Source: a virus
Lineage: Duplodnaviria; Caudoviricetes
Reading direction: 5' to 3' (one strand)
IMG/VR virus record: IMGVR_UViG_3300006169_000023
Location: 1 to 59,694 of that record
DNA: 59,694 bases
The translations under genes and the position numbers were made by a program. Of this stretch, positions 1 through 9,014 are shown one piece after another; position 1 is the first letter of the stretch, and each line of letters begins with the position of its first letter. The notes beneath the pieces were generated by a model. That model was not told the DNA's origin, made no database searches, and worked only from the letters and a program-made list of their open reading frames with translations.

Positions 1-87
1 ACCCGGCTCACCAGCTTGTCGGCCAGGTAGGGCGAGAGCGTGAGCTCGGTGCCCTTGGCGTGCTCGGCGTGGTCGCTCGTCAGGACG
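1..87. repeat. 87-bp terminal direct repeat, left copy (circular assembly overlap)
   Basis: 1..87 is identical to 59608..59694. Confidence 0.97.
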
Positions 88-116
88 ATGCGGCGGGTCT
101 CCTGGTCCTGCGCCAT
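1..116 (-). CDS. 5' part of a ~70-aa hypothetical virion-region protein spanning the contig junction
   Basis: ATG at 116 (MAQDQETRRIVLTSDHAEHAKGTELTLSPYLADKLVSR) stays in frame through the circular junction to TAA at 59511. Confidence 0.8.
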   Translation of the reverse strand, partial: MAQDQETRRIVLTSDHAEHAKGTELTLSPYLADKLVSR

Positions 117-127
117 GGTCCGCTCCA

Positions 128-514
128 TCAGGGGTTATCGTGCATTCCCACCGTGAAGGCGGGAGATCCACTGGTGTCCGTGCAGCTGCTCGCGAGTCCG
201 CCACCGAAGGGGCTGACCGCTCCCGCCCGACCGGCCCGGGCGCGAAGCTCTGCGGCCCGGCTGGCGAAGGCCTCGGCGCGCTGGCTGTAGGAGATCCGCA
301 CGTCCCCGTCGGCCAGGTCGGCCTGCCGGGAGAATCGGGCGGCGATCGCTTCCAGGCAGGCAGCAGCCGCGGCGTCCACCGATCCTTCGTCCGCGACCGC
401 GGCCGCGATCTCCTCGTCCGTGACGAGCGGATCCGCCTCGAGGGTGTCCCCGATGCGGAACCGCACGGCGTCGCGAGTCGACGCGGCCGGGTCGCCTTCG
501 TACGTCCAGGTCAC
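128..514 (-). CDS. head-to-tail adaptor/connector protein
   Basis: MTWTYEGDP..RDAVRFRIGDT..L.TDEEI N-terminus typical of adaptors; lies after the capsid genes. Confidence 0.75.
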   Translation of the reverse strand: MTWTYEGDPAASTRDAVRFRIGDTLEADPLVTDEEIAAAVADEGSVDAAAAACLEAIAARFSRQADLADGDVRISYSQRAEAFASRAAELRARAGRAGAVSPFGGGLASSCTDTSGSPAFTVGMHDNP

Positions 515-1167
515 TGGGCGCCGGCGCGTCGCGCGCGCTCCGCCTCGATGGCGGCGACCAGGTCGGATTCCTTCACGTAGCCCTTGCTGCCGGTACCCGC
601 GACCGTGAGGCCGAGGGTGTTGGCCAGCTCCTGCAGGGCAGCCCGCGTGTCCGGCAGCGTCGTCGGGATCTCCGCCACCGCCGCGTGGGCGGCGGGAGTC
701 GGCTCGGTCTCACCGGCGGCCGTCTCCTTTCCCGGATCCTGCAGGCTCCCGCCCTCGGGCGAAAGCACGTTCTCCGCAGGCGGGGCGATGTCCGGCGCCG
801 TGGCCGGCTCGGAGGTGATCGGCTGCGCCGGCACCAGGACGAACCCACGGCTCGCCGCCAGCTGCTCGAGCAGCTCGATCGGCAGGTCCACGCCGATGGT
901 CGAATCAGTGACCTCGAGGGTCATGCCCGTCACGGTGCCGGTGGGCACCAGGTCGAACCCGAGGTCCGCTGCGGCCTTCCGGACCTCCTCCTCGCTGAGC
1001 GGGGCAGGAGGACCGCCGCCGGGCTGTTCGTGCGGGGTCTCCGGGACCTCGGCGATCTTCCCATGACGCACCAGGAGATCGTACCGGTGTCCGGGAAGGA
1101 TGGGGACGGGCTGGCCCGGCTCAACCCAGTCCCCAACCTTCACCCGCTGGATCGCGACGTAGCGCAT
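511..1167 (-). CDS. hypothetical post-capsid protein with a C-terminal E3-binding(PSBD)/HeH-like motif
   Basis: Likely start is the ATG at 1167 overlapping the capsid stop (TGATG); C-terminus LQELANTLGLTVAGTGSKGYVKESDLVAAI. Confidence 0.7.
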   Translation of the reverse strand: MRYVAIQRVKVGDWVEPGQPVPILPGHRYDLLVRHGKIAEVPETPHEQPGGGPPAPLSEEEVRKAAADLGFDLVPTGTVTGMTLEVTDSTIGVDLPIELLEQLAASRGFVLVPAQPITSEPATAPDIAPPAENVLSPEGGSLQDPGKETAAGETEPTPAAHAAVAEIPTTLPDTRAALQELANTLGLTVAGTGSKGYVKESDLVAAIEAERARRAGAQ

Positions 1168-2165
1168 CAGCCGCCGACCGCGTCCTCGAGGAAGATGCCG
1201 AGCTCGGTGGCGACCACCTTCACGTCGGTGGCCATGCGCACCTCGAACCAGTCGCTGTGCGCCGGGTCGTCGCGCCACCGCATCACCGCGGCCTCCAGCC
1301 CGCCCTGCGGCATGAGGCCGTCCCAGGCGAAGGTGTAGCCGGCGCTGGGCTCCTCGATCGACGCCGAGCTGGCCGCGTACAGCAGCAGCACGTCGTTCTC
1401 GCCGATCGCGTACTGGATGTCGTCGGCCAGGCCCTCGGCGGCGGAGTTGTAGACCGCGCCCGGGACCAGGTACTTCTCCACCCCGAACACCGCGGCGAGC
1501 ATCTGCTCGGTGATGATGCCGGGCTGGACGTGCTTGTAGCGGTCCAGGATGTCCGCGTGGTTCTTGAGCGCCCGGTGCACGGCCTTGCCCACCACCATGC
1601 GGTTGGGACGGAAGCCGCCGGACTGCTTCTCGAACGTGTCCATCAGCTCGTCGATCAGCCCCACCGGATCGCTGGCGGACTGGTCGAACTGGAGGAACTC
1701 GCCCGCGCCCGGGGCGGCGGCGACGCCGGCCAGCTCGGTGTCCCACACGCCGGCGACCATGTAGCGCCGGGCCCAGAGCCGATCCAGGTGGATCAGGTGT
1801 TGGGAGGTCAGCAGCCGGGTCTTGGAGTTCTCCAGGTTGATCGGCTGGACGCTGTTCGCGCGGTCGCGGTCGTCGATGAAGGTGGACAGCCCCTCCTCGA
1901 CGCACGCGTACTGCGCCTCGTCCAGGTCATGGCCGATCACCGGGACGCGGCCGCCGCGCGGGCGGGGCGCGACCTGGTCCCGAAGGAACGAGCCCTTCGG
2001 GTAGACCTTGTAGGACCCGGCCGCCAGCCGGACCGGCACGGTCGGGAACACGTTGCGCGCGACGAACTTGTCGGCGCTCTGGATGAAGGCGATCGCCACG
2101 TTCGTCAGCAGCTGATCGTGGGTCGCCTGCGCCGGCGTGGGGCCGGACTTCTGGAATCGGCTCAT
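1167..2165 (-). CDS. major capsid protein (lambda E-like family)
   Basis: 332 aa, D..LTNVAIAF...F.A..VFP.VPV start and PN.MV.G motif; follows the decoration and scaffold genes. Confidence 0.88.
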   Translation of the reverse strand: MSRFQKSGPTPAQATHDQLLTNVAIAFIQSADKFVARNVFPTVPVRLAAGSYKVYPKGSFLRDQVAPRPRGGRVPVIGHDLDEAQYACVEEGLSTFIDDRDRANSVQPINLENSKTRLLTSQHLIHLDRLWARRYMVAGVWDTELAGVAAAPGAGEFLQFDQSASDPVGLIDELMDTFEKQSGGFRPNRMVVGKAVHRALKNHADILDRYKHVQPGIITEQMLAAVFGVEKYLVPGAVYNSAAEGLADDIQYAIGENDVLLLYAASSASIEEPSAGYTFAWDGLMPQGGLEAAVMRWRDDPAHSDWFEVRMATDVKVVATELGIFLEDAVGG

Positions 2166-2225
2166 CGGAGAATGCGGGGTGCGGGGGAGCGAAGTTCGGT
2201 TTTTCGGAGGTCAGGAGAGGTGGTC

Positions 2226-2249
2226 GCGGCCGCCCGTCGGGGCGGCCGC
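2226..2249. other. GC-rich hairpin upstream of the capsid gene (possible mRNA stabiliser or processing site)
   Basis: gcggccgccc-gtcg-gggcggccgc; no U-tract on the coding strand. Confidence 0.5.
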
Positions 2250-2256
2250 TTCAGCC

Positions 2257-2619
2257 TCAGGCCGGCACCTCGCCGGCGTGGACGATCTCGACAGACACCA
2301 CCTGACCCGCGCCGCCGGACGCCTCGAGGGCGACGGCGAGCACGTAGTCACCGGCAGCCGCCGCCACGGCGCGACCCTGCGCGTCGGGCGTCAGCAGCAC
2401 GCCGGCGTTGAAGGCGGCGCCCGCGATCCAGCTGCCCTGCTCGCGCACCTGGACCGAGCCGTACTGGCCCGCCTCAGGGTCGTCGGTGAGCAGCCCGACC
2501 GCGGCCACGCCGGCGCCGGCCACGTTGATGCCGGCGTTGGTCAGCGCCATCGCCTTGTTGGTCGCAGCGGACAGGTCCGCGGCGGCCAGCAGCGCGCGGA
2601 AAGCTCCGAAGTTCTGCAT
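2257..2619 (-). CDS. capsid decoration/cement protein (DUF2190-like)
   Basis: 120 aa, Ala/Gly-rich, AGAAFNAG..LTPDA.GRAV motif; immediately upstream of the capsid gene. Confidence 0.75.
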   Translation of the reverse strand: MQNFGAFRALLAAADLSAATNKAMALTNAGINVAGAGVAAVGLLTDDPEAGQYGSVQVREQGSWIAGAAFNAGVLLTPDAQGRAVAAAAGDYVLAVALEASGGAGQVVSVEIVHAGEVPA

Positions 2620-2620
2620 C

Positions 2621-3808
2621 TCAGAAACCCTCCTCGCGGACGGCGGCCACCAGGTCCGGGTTCTGCTCCTGGGCCTTCACCAGGGCCTGGGCCTCGGTGA
2701 GGTTCGGCTCAGCCTTCCGGATCTCGGCGGCCTTCGCCTGCAGCTTGGCGTAGGAACCGCTCCCCTGGACGCCACCATTGGCGCCCAGCTCCTTCATCAG
2801 GTCCCCGCTCCGGATCGCCTCCGCGGCGCCGGTCAGGACCGTCTCCAGCTTGGCGAACTCCTCGGGCGCCTTCTCCTGCAGCGCCTTCAGGGTCGGCACC
2901 AGCTCCGGCGACATGCCGGGCAGGCCCGCCAGGTCGCCACCCTCCTGCACCCGCTTGGTCAGCACCGCGACGCGGGCGTTCTCCTCGGCCTGGGCGGCCT
3001 TGGCGAGCGCCTCCTCGGCGCGGGCGTTGGCCTCCTCGGCACGCTTGTTCGCGTCCTCGATGGCCTTGCGAACCTCGGCCGGGAGGTTCTTCAGCACGTC
3101 GTCTCCCGTGGCGGCCGCGGCCGGGGCGGGAGGGGTGGCCGTGTCGGCCTGCTTGGTCGTCGACATGTCCTCGTCGTCCTGGTTGTCGGTGTCCGCCTCG
3201 GTGATGATCGAGCCGAGGGCCGAATGCGCCTCCTTCAGGCGCGTGAGACGGGCGGCGCTGATCTTCCGCCCGGCTTTCTCGATGGTGTCGCCGCACTCGG
3301 GGCAGGTGCCGTCCTCGCCCACCTTCTTCTCGCACTTCGGGCATATCCCCGCGGCGGCCTTCTGCACCGTCTCGCCGTTCACCCACTTCGGGAGCGCGGT
3401 CTCCACCGCGGCGCTGAACTCGGCGATCGAGGTGCGGATCTTCGCCTCGCGGTCCGGCTCGTCCAGGTCGCGGAGCGTCGAAGCGATCGCGTCCTGCAGC
3501 TGCCAGCCGTAGTCGTAGGCCTCGCTGACCGCGCGCTGCATCCCGCGCTGCGCCTGCAGCTCGCCGAACGTGGTGGCCTCGTCGTAGGCCTTCTGCACCT
3601 CGTCCTCGGACTTGCCCAGCAGCTTGGCCACGGTGGCCGCGATCACGCCGCCGAAGCGGCGGAGGCTGCTCTGCGGGGCAGCGGAGGGAGCCGGAGCCGG
3701 CGCGCCGCCTTCGCGCTTGTGGATGAGCACGTGTGCGGCGGGATTGTCGCCGCGATCGACGAGGGACACCTCGTCCACCTTCTGCAGCGTCAGGCGGTTG
3801 CGCTTCAT
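2621..3808 (-). CDS. capsid scaffold / XkdF-associated protein with an internal zinc ribbon
   Basis: ATG 3808 overlaps the upstream stop (ATGA); VDEVSLVDRGDNP motif, CPKC..CPEC, GRKISAA motif, coiled-coil C-terminus. Confidence 0.75.
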   Translation of the reverse strand: MKRNRLTLQKVDEVSLVDRGDNPAAHVLIHKREGGAPAPAPSAAPQSSLRRFGGVIAATVAKLLGKSEDEVQKAYDEATTFGELQAQRGMQRAVSEAYDYGWQLQDAIASTLRDLDEPDREAKIRTSIAEFSAAVETALPKWVNGETVQKAAAGICPKCEKKVGEDGTCPECGDTIEKAGRKISAARLTRLKEAHSALGSIITEADTDNQDDEDMSTTKQADTATPPAPAAAATGDDVLKNLPAEVRKAIEDANKRAEEANARAEEALAKAAQAEENARVAVLTKRVQEGGDLAGLPGMSPELVPTLKALQEKAPEEFAKLETVLTGAAEAIRSGDLMKELGANGGVQGSGSYAKLQAKAAEIRKAEPNLTEAQALVKAQEQNPDLVAAVREEGF

Positions 3809-4209
3809 TCGGCGATCTCCTCGCGGGTGCCGGTGCCACCGATTGAGAACATGGCGAGTTCCCCGTCCTTGACCCGCTTCCAGACCGCGTCGTCGTCGAC
3901 GCGGAATCCGACCCACCACCCGGCTGGAAGCGCATCCTCCGCGAGGCCCATCCCCGAGAGCTTCTCTTTGGTCACCACTAGCGACTCCACCAGGCGGCTG
4001 ACGCCCTTCGCCACGTGCATCTCGCCGCCGTCGCGGGAGTGGAGCACGTAGTCGTAGGCGACCTCCTCCAGGTTCTCCGGGTCGACCTCGTCGCCGGAGT
4101 GATCGGTCACCTGGTCGCCGCCCGCGGTCTTCGCCACGTAGGCCCAGCCGAAGACGAGCCTGCGCTCGTCGTCGACTTTGTGGATCCGGCCGGAGAGCAG
4201 CTGCGACAC
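3805..4209 (-). CDS. XkdF-like prohead serine protease
   Basis: KVDDERRLVFGWA, D..GD, GEMH, LVES, GWWVGFRVDDD.VW..VK.G....FSIGG motifs. Confidence 0.85.
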   Translation of the reverse strand: MSQLLSGRIHKVDDERRLVFGWAYVAKTAGGDQVTDHSGDEVDPENLEEVAYDYVLHSRDGGEMHVAKGVSRLVESLVVTKEKLSGMGLAEDALPAGWWVGFRVDDDAVWKRVKDGELAMFSIGGTGTREEIAE

Positions 4210-4232
4210 GCGGGAGCAAGAAGCAGGGGGAA

Positions 4233-4275
4233 CGCGAAAAGCCCGATCTTCCCCAGCGGGGGAGATCGGGCTCTC
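4233..4275 (-). terminator. intrinsic terminator/attenuator ahead of the head genes (cassette 2)
   Basis: Minus strand AGCCCGATCT-CCCCCGCTGGGGA-AGATCGGGCT then TTTCGCGTT. Confidence 0.85.
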
Positions 4276-4286
4276 TGCGGAACCTC
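4268..4286 (-). promoter_or_regulatory. tandem GAGnnnCC box (putative Com-like protein RNA site), cassette 2
   Basis: GAGGTTCC-GCA-GAGAGCCC; the second box forms the terminator 5' arm. Confidence 0.75.
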
Positions 4287-4325
4287 GTACGGTTTGGGCG
4301 ACGGGTCGCCCTAGTGTCGAGCCAG

Positions 4326-4355
4326 AAGGTAACGGCGCCGCGCGGGGCGGCGCAA
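4326..4355 (-). promoter_or_regulatory. sigma70-type promoter, cassette 2
   Basis: TTGCGC-N18-TACCTT. Confidence 0.6.
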
Positions 4356-4366
4356 GCCTGCCGTTC

Positions 4367-4597
4367 TCAACCCTCCTGCTTCTTCGGCTTCATCGCCATG
4401 CGCAGGAGCAGCTCCTGGACGCCCTTCACCAGGACGATCGCCTGTTCGGGACGCATCCCGCGGCTCTCGAGCTCCACCTGGTACTCGACCAGCATCGGCG
4501 CGATGTCACCGAGCACGGCGCCGAACTGGTCCATGTATGCGACGAGCCGCGGATTGGTCATGCGCCGCAAGCTAGGCCGGCGGGGAACCTGAAGCAA
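4367..4597 (-). CDS. hypothetical protein
   Basis: Abuts the portal stop and has normal coding composition; start may be at 4561. Confidence 0.6.
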   Translation of the reverse strand: MLQVPRRPSLRRMTNPRLVAYMDQFGAVLGDIAPMLVEYQVELESRGMRPEQAIVLVKGVQELLLRMAMKPKKQEG

Positions 4598-6781
4598 TCA
4601 CGCCGCGTTGGCGGCCGGCTCCTCCTCCCATACCAGCTTGACCGCACACCGGCAACGGACGTGGAACGGCGGGCGGACGTGGCCCGGAATCACCTCCTCG
4701 TCCATCCCATAGCTCTTCGCGCCCAGCCCCTGGCAGATCCTGCAGGTCCGCTCGTCCGGCGTCACGACGATCCGGCGGCGGGTGGTCGGCGGAAGGTGCC
4801 CCGCCTCACTCGCCTGCGCCCAGCTCTCGCGCTGCCCCGCGGCCGCGGCTTCGAGCGATTCGTGCTCGGCGATCAGCTTCGCGCGGTCCTCGAGCTTCCG
4901 GCGGGCGTAGCGCGCCGTCCGCCGCTGGACGTCACGCTCCAGCGCCCCCTCCTCGCGCAGCCGCTGGGCGAAGTTCCGGATTGCCCGGCTATCCCGCTCG
5001 GTCTGGCCAATGTGCATCTGGATCCGCCGCGCGGCGCTCGCCGGCGACGCACCCTCCTGCACCAGCTCCACCAGGACCTCGCGGAGCGCGGCCCGCTGCT
5101 GCTCGTCGATCGCGGTCACCAGCCGTGCGCCGGCCTCCTGGAGCCAGGCGATCGCCCGGTGGTTGGCCACCTCGAACGGCGTCGTGACGCCGAGCCGGGT
5201 CGTCAGCGCGTCGGCCGAGGCCTGGCCGGCGGCCGCGAAGGTGCGCTCCAGCTCCTGGACCAGCGGCTGCAGCTCAGCCTTCGTGACCTCGGACCCGAGG
5301 ATGCGCTCGATCGCGTCCACGTCGCCCGCGCCCAGCGCCGCCTCGAGGGCCGCGCGGTCCAGTTTGCCGCGGAGCCGGCCGATCGCGCGCAGGAACGCGC
5401 GCCGCAGCTTCGGCGACAGCCGGTCGGCGACCTGGAGGATCTCCTCCCCGTCATCCGCCCCGCTGGCCTTGCCGACCTTTGCGGACCCCGGGGTCCGCCC
5501 CGCGCCGAAAGGGCGGCGCTTCTGAGCAGCCCCCTCGATCGCGGGAAGGTTCGCGACTTCGCGCAGGTGGGCCTCCAGGGCATCGTCCCGGAGCAGCACC
5601 TGGGCGCCGGCGAGCTGCTGGATGTAGGCCCCCAGCTCGGTCAGGCTGACGCGTTCCACGCCGCCCACCGCGAAGCGGCACCGGCCGCGCATCCCGTTCA
5701 GCGCGAGCAGCCGCGGCAGGGCGTGCCGGTTCATCACGTCGACGATCTCGTCCAGGATTGACTCGATGCCCGCGGCGAAGAGTTCGGCCTTCGTCACGCC
5801 CAGGCCGTAGGAGCCGACCTTCTCGTGCCCGAGCAGGATGATGTCCGCGAGCACCGTCATGGCGATGCGCTGGTCGTACCGCGCGATCACGCCGCCGGTG
5901 TCGAAGTTCCGCTTCCCCCCGCTGCTCAGCAGCGTCAGCTCGACCAACCTCCTCCCGTCCTTGTCGTAGACGGAGGGCAGGACCACCCCCTCCTGCGAGT
6001 CCCGGCGGATCCCCTTCACCAGGCTCTTGTACTCCTCGAGCACGGCCTTCTTCTCCGCGGACGCGTCGGCCTGCATGTACTCCGCGGGGATGTACATCAC
6101 CGGCAGGCCCGCCAGGTCGCGCTCGATGCCGATCCCCTCGACCTCCTCGATCCGCTTCTTGAAGAACCACGGGCGGTAGGCGGCGCGGAGGATGGACCGG
6201 CCCTCGGGGCTGCCGTTCGCGTGGATCGGGCGGAAGAGCAGCCCCTTCTCGATCGGGATGAACACCTCGCCGCCAAGGGTCGGTGGGGTCTGGTGCATCC
6301 CCGAGACGCCGCCGCCCTCGTCGATGCCCCAGCGCGAGAGTGTGCCCTGCGCTCGGCGCGCCAGCTTTCGCCAGCCGATCCGCCCGTCCGTGTACCGGCT
6401 ATTTCGCGCGGAATCTTCGGACGGGCCCGAGCGGACCTTGTAGACGATCTCATGGAAGCTCCACCCGTAGACCAGCATCGAGAGGATCTCGGAGAGGGTC
6501 ACCCCCCAGCTGACCGACATGTCGTGGAGGTTGCTCAGCGCGAAGTCCGCCGCCTCCCGGTCCTCGGGCGCTTCGCCCTCCGGCTCCGCGCGCCAGGTCA
6601 CCCGCCGGATCAGCTGCGTCAGCGCGAAGAGCAGCGCGCCGACCAGCGGATCGTTGGAGGACATCTCCTCGTAGACCCGGATCGCCCGGCTGCCGGTCAG
6701 CTGCGGGAGGAACTCCTCGCGGACCTGGCCGCTGTAGATGCGAAGGCCGGAAACGCCGATCTCGGTAGTGTCTGCCGCCAT
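4598..6781 (-). CDS. portal protein (DUF935-like) fused to a Mu gpF-like minor head domain
   Basis: EIGVSGL, YEEM, G.S.LR.AYR.W.FK..IE..E.IGIERDLAGLP portal motifs; C-terminal DERTC.IC..PP.H.RCRC. Confidence 0.88.
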   Translation of the reverse strand: MAADTTEIGVSGLRIYSGQVREEFLPQLTGSRAIRVYEEMSSNDPLVGALLFALTQLIRRVTWRAEPEGEAPEDREAADFALSNLHDMSVSWGVTLSEILSMLVYGWSFHEIVYKVRSGPSEDSARNSRYTDGRIGWRKLARRAQGTLSRWGIDEGGGVSGMHQTPPTLGGEVFIPIEKGLLFRPIHANGSPEGRSILRAAYRPWFFKKRIEEVEGIGIERDLAGLPVMYIPAEYMQADASAEKKAVLEEYKSLVKGIRRDSQEGVVLPSVYDKDGRRLVELTLLSSGGKRNFDTGGVIARYDQRIAMTVLADIILLGHEKVGSYGLGVTKAELFAAGIESILDEIVDVMNRHALPRLLALNGMRGRCRFAVGGVERVSLTELGAYIQQLAGAQVLLRDDALEAHLREVANLPAIEGAAQKRRPFGAGRTPGSAKVGKASGADDGEEILQVADRLSPKLRRAFLRAIGRLRGKLDRAALEAALGAGDVDAIERILGSEVTKAELQPLVQELERTFAAAGQASADALTTRLGVTTPFEVANHRAIAWLQEAGARLVTAIDEQQRAALREVLVELVQEGASPASAARRIQMHIGQTERDSRAIRNFAQRLREEGALERDVQRRTARYARRKLEDRAKLIAEHESLEAAAAGQRESWAQASEAGHLPPTTRRRIVVTPDERTCRICQGLGAKSYGMDEEVIPGHVRPPFHVRCRCAVKLVWEEEPAANAA

Positions 6782-6784
6782 GGG

Positions 6785-8557
6785 TCAGTTCCCGCGGAAG
6801 TGTGAGGTCTTACCGATCCCGATCGGCGAGACGAGGGGTGCGCTGCTGTCGGGGAACAGGAAGTCGGGCGCGGCGGCCAGGACGAAGGCGTCGCCATCGT
6901 CCGGCGAGCGGTGGAGTCGCTTCCGGAACGCCTCCTTCGCCTCCAGGCGCCGGACCGCCACGCCGGAGAGGTTCACCCACTTGAACTCGCGCTCGGTGAG
7001 GTCCTGCTCCAGCGCCGCGGGCGGATGGTCCAGCGTCAGCCCCTTCAGCGACTCGGCGGCCTCGTGGTACAGCTCGGTCACGACGTCCGCGTAGGCCTCG
7101 GGCCGGTGGGCGGTGGCGCCGAACTCGACCTCGAGGACGCGGAAGTCGTCGAACATCGCGTGCAGCTCCGCGTCGTCCTTGATCCGGTCCGCCACGCCAC
7201 CGCCGAATCCGCCGCCTGCGTCGATGCGCACGTGCAGGGACTTCACGCCCGCCGTGGCCAGCCGCTCCGCGGCGACCTTGATCGCGCCGGCGTAGGCGTT
7301 CGTGTCCACCTGGGCGAGCTGCGCGTCGCGGCGCACCAGCATCCCGTGACGCGTGAAGATCGAGCCCATGTCGTTGCCGTAGCGCGCCACGTCGACGCCC
7401 ATCCGGGCCATCGTGCCGAGCTCCGCGGGGACCGGCCGCGCCTTCGCCGCCTCGTAGCGCCCGACCGGAACGAACGTGTTGTCGGCCGAGTTCGCCGGTG
7501 CGATCCCGAGCACCCGGAACATCAGCTCGTTGTCCGGCCTGAAGATCGTGCCGGGCGGGTGGACCGTGGCGCCGGCGCGGACCGGGAACGGGAGCTCGAA
7601 CGTGTGGTTGTCCGGCTCGTGCTCGCGGACCACCTCGGCATGCGCCTCGATCATCTGCTCGACGTAGTCCCGCCGGACCGCACCCGGGATCACCTCGCGG
7701 CCCTCCACCACGTTCGGGTGCGCCGTGCAGGACATGCGGAAGCTGCGCACCTGGGAGAGCGACCGGCACTTGTGGAAGCGCGACCGCCGGGTCCGCGGGT
7801 TGGCGAACATCAGCACGATGACGACGCCGCCCGAGGTCATCGAGCCGATCGCGTCGTACACGAAGTCCGGGATGCCCTCGGCCTCGTCCAGGATGAACAT
7901 GAGGAACGGCCCGTGCTGCCCGTGCAGGCGCTCGGTCCCGTTCCCGCCCGCGTTGTTGGTCGCGGCGCCGGAGGCGAAGTGGTCGGGCCGGTACTTGATC
8001 TCGCAGTTGTCGAGGACGCGGCCGCGGAGGTCCTCGCGCCCTCTCCGGTCGGTCTCGATCTCCTTCCAGAGCAGCTTCTTGATCTGCTTCCAGCCGGGCG
8101 CGAAGGTGTAGACGATCGCGGGCGGGAAGCAGTCGAAGAAGTGGGAGAAGAGTCCGCTGGCCAGCTTCGTCTTGCCGACGGTGTGGCCCGCCTCGCAGCG
8201 CAGCCAGTTCCGGATCTGCTGCCCGGGGCGCCAGTACCGGAGCTCGTGCTCCTCGATCTCGCCCCGCTCGAACGCGCGCCGCTCGAGCTGCTGGCGCAGC
8301 GCGAGCTCGTAGGCGTCGACGATCTGCAGTTGGCCGGGGGACTCGTCCGTCCCGGACCAGGGCTCCCACCCGAGCTTGTCCTGGATGTAGCCGGCCACGT
8401 CGAACCGGTACGCGGAGAAGTCGAGGTCGCCGCCGCCGATCGGCTCGTCCTGCTTCGGCGCCGGGCCGTAGACGCGGAGCGCCAGGCTGGCCGCCTCCGC
8501 TTGCTGCTGGAGCGGCAGCTGCCGGATCCGGCGCGCGACCTCCTCACGGGTCAGCAT
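6785..8557 (-). CDS. terL: terminase large subunit
   Basis: Walker A AGHTVGKT, Walker B FILDEAEG, ANP, nuclease GVDVARYGND and RSPDDGDA. Confidence 0.93.
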   Translation of the reverse strand: MLTREEVARRIRQLPLQQQAEAASLALRVYGPAPKQDEPIGGGDLDFSAYRFDVAGYIQDKLGWEPWSGTDESPGQLQIVDAYELALRQQLERRAFERGEIEEHELRYWRPGQQIRNWLRCEAGHTVGKTKLASGLFSHFFDCFPPAIVYTFAPGWKQIKKLLWKEIETDRRGREDLRGRVLDNCEIKYRPDHFASGAATNNAGGNGTERLHGQHGPFLMFILDEAEGIPDFVYDAIGSMTSGGVVIVLMFANPRTRRSRFHKCRSLSQVRSFRMSCTAHPNVVEGREVIPGAVRRDYVEQMIEAHAEVVREHEPDNHTFELPFPVRAGATVHPPGTIFRPDNELMFRVLGIAPANSADNTFVPVGRYEAAKARPVPAELGTMARMGVDVARYGNDMGSIFTRHGMLVRRDAQLAQVDTNAYAGAIKVAAERLATAGVKSLHVRIDAGGGFGGGVADRIKDDAELHAMFDDFRVLEVEFGATAHRPEAYADVVTELYHEAAESLKGLTLDHPPAALEQDLTEREFKWVNLSGVAVRRLEAKEAFRKRLHRSPDDGDAFVLAAAPDFLFPDSSAPLVSPIGIGKTSHFRGN

Positions 8558-9011
8558 CGGGCAGCTCGCTCGGGTCGCAGCCCAATAGCTGGGCGAGCGC
8601 CCCGCGGGCGTTGTGCTGCAGGACGCGGACGTTCGTGAACATCCCCCCGTCCTCCTTCGCCTGCGACTCCAGGAGCTCGTTGACCAGCGGAGCGTTCACC
8701 CGCTCCGCGCGGGCGAGCTGCATGATCAGCCGATCGCGGATCCGCATCCGGACCAGCTTGTTCGAGGTCGGGATGTCTGCGGGATCGACCTTCGCCTGCT
8801 CGCGGGTCTCATCGAAGAGGGCGACCCACTTCTTGGTCCCGGTCTTCCGCGACTTCGGGTTGTCGAAGTTGTAGGGAGTCAGCGCCGGCGCACCGACCGT
8901 GATCCCGTGCTCCTCCTTCAGCCAGGCGAGGATCTCCTTCGACGAGTACCAGAGCGCGAATCGCTTCACCACCTCGGCGCGGAGGAGGTCGGTCAGCTTC
9001 GGAAGCGCCAT
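8544..9011 (-). CDS. terS: terminase small subunit (DUF2280-like)
   Basis: N-terminal HTH (VVKRFA...KEEHGI), W..LF..TR, LLE..AKE.GG.FTN; directly upstream of terL. Confidence 0.8.
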   Translation of the reverse strand: MALPKLTDLLRAEVVKRFALWYSSKEILAWLKEEHGITVGAPALTPYNFDNPKSRKTGTKKWVALFDETREQAKVDPADIPTSNKLVRMRIRDRLIMQLARAERVNAPLVNELLESQAKEDGGMFTNVRVLQHNARGALAQLLGCDPSELPDADP

Positions 9012-9014
9012 GGC

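Noticed and set aside
1-87. Terminal repeat as a biological DTR or att site
   Set aside because: It falls in the middle of a gene, which fits an assembler overlap on a circular contig
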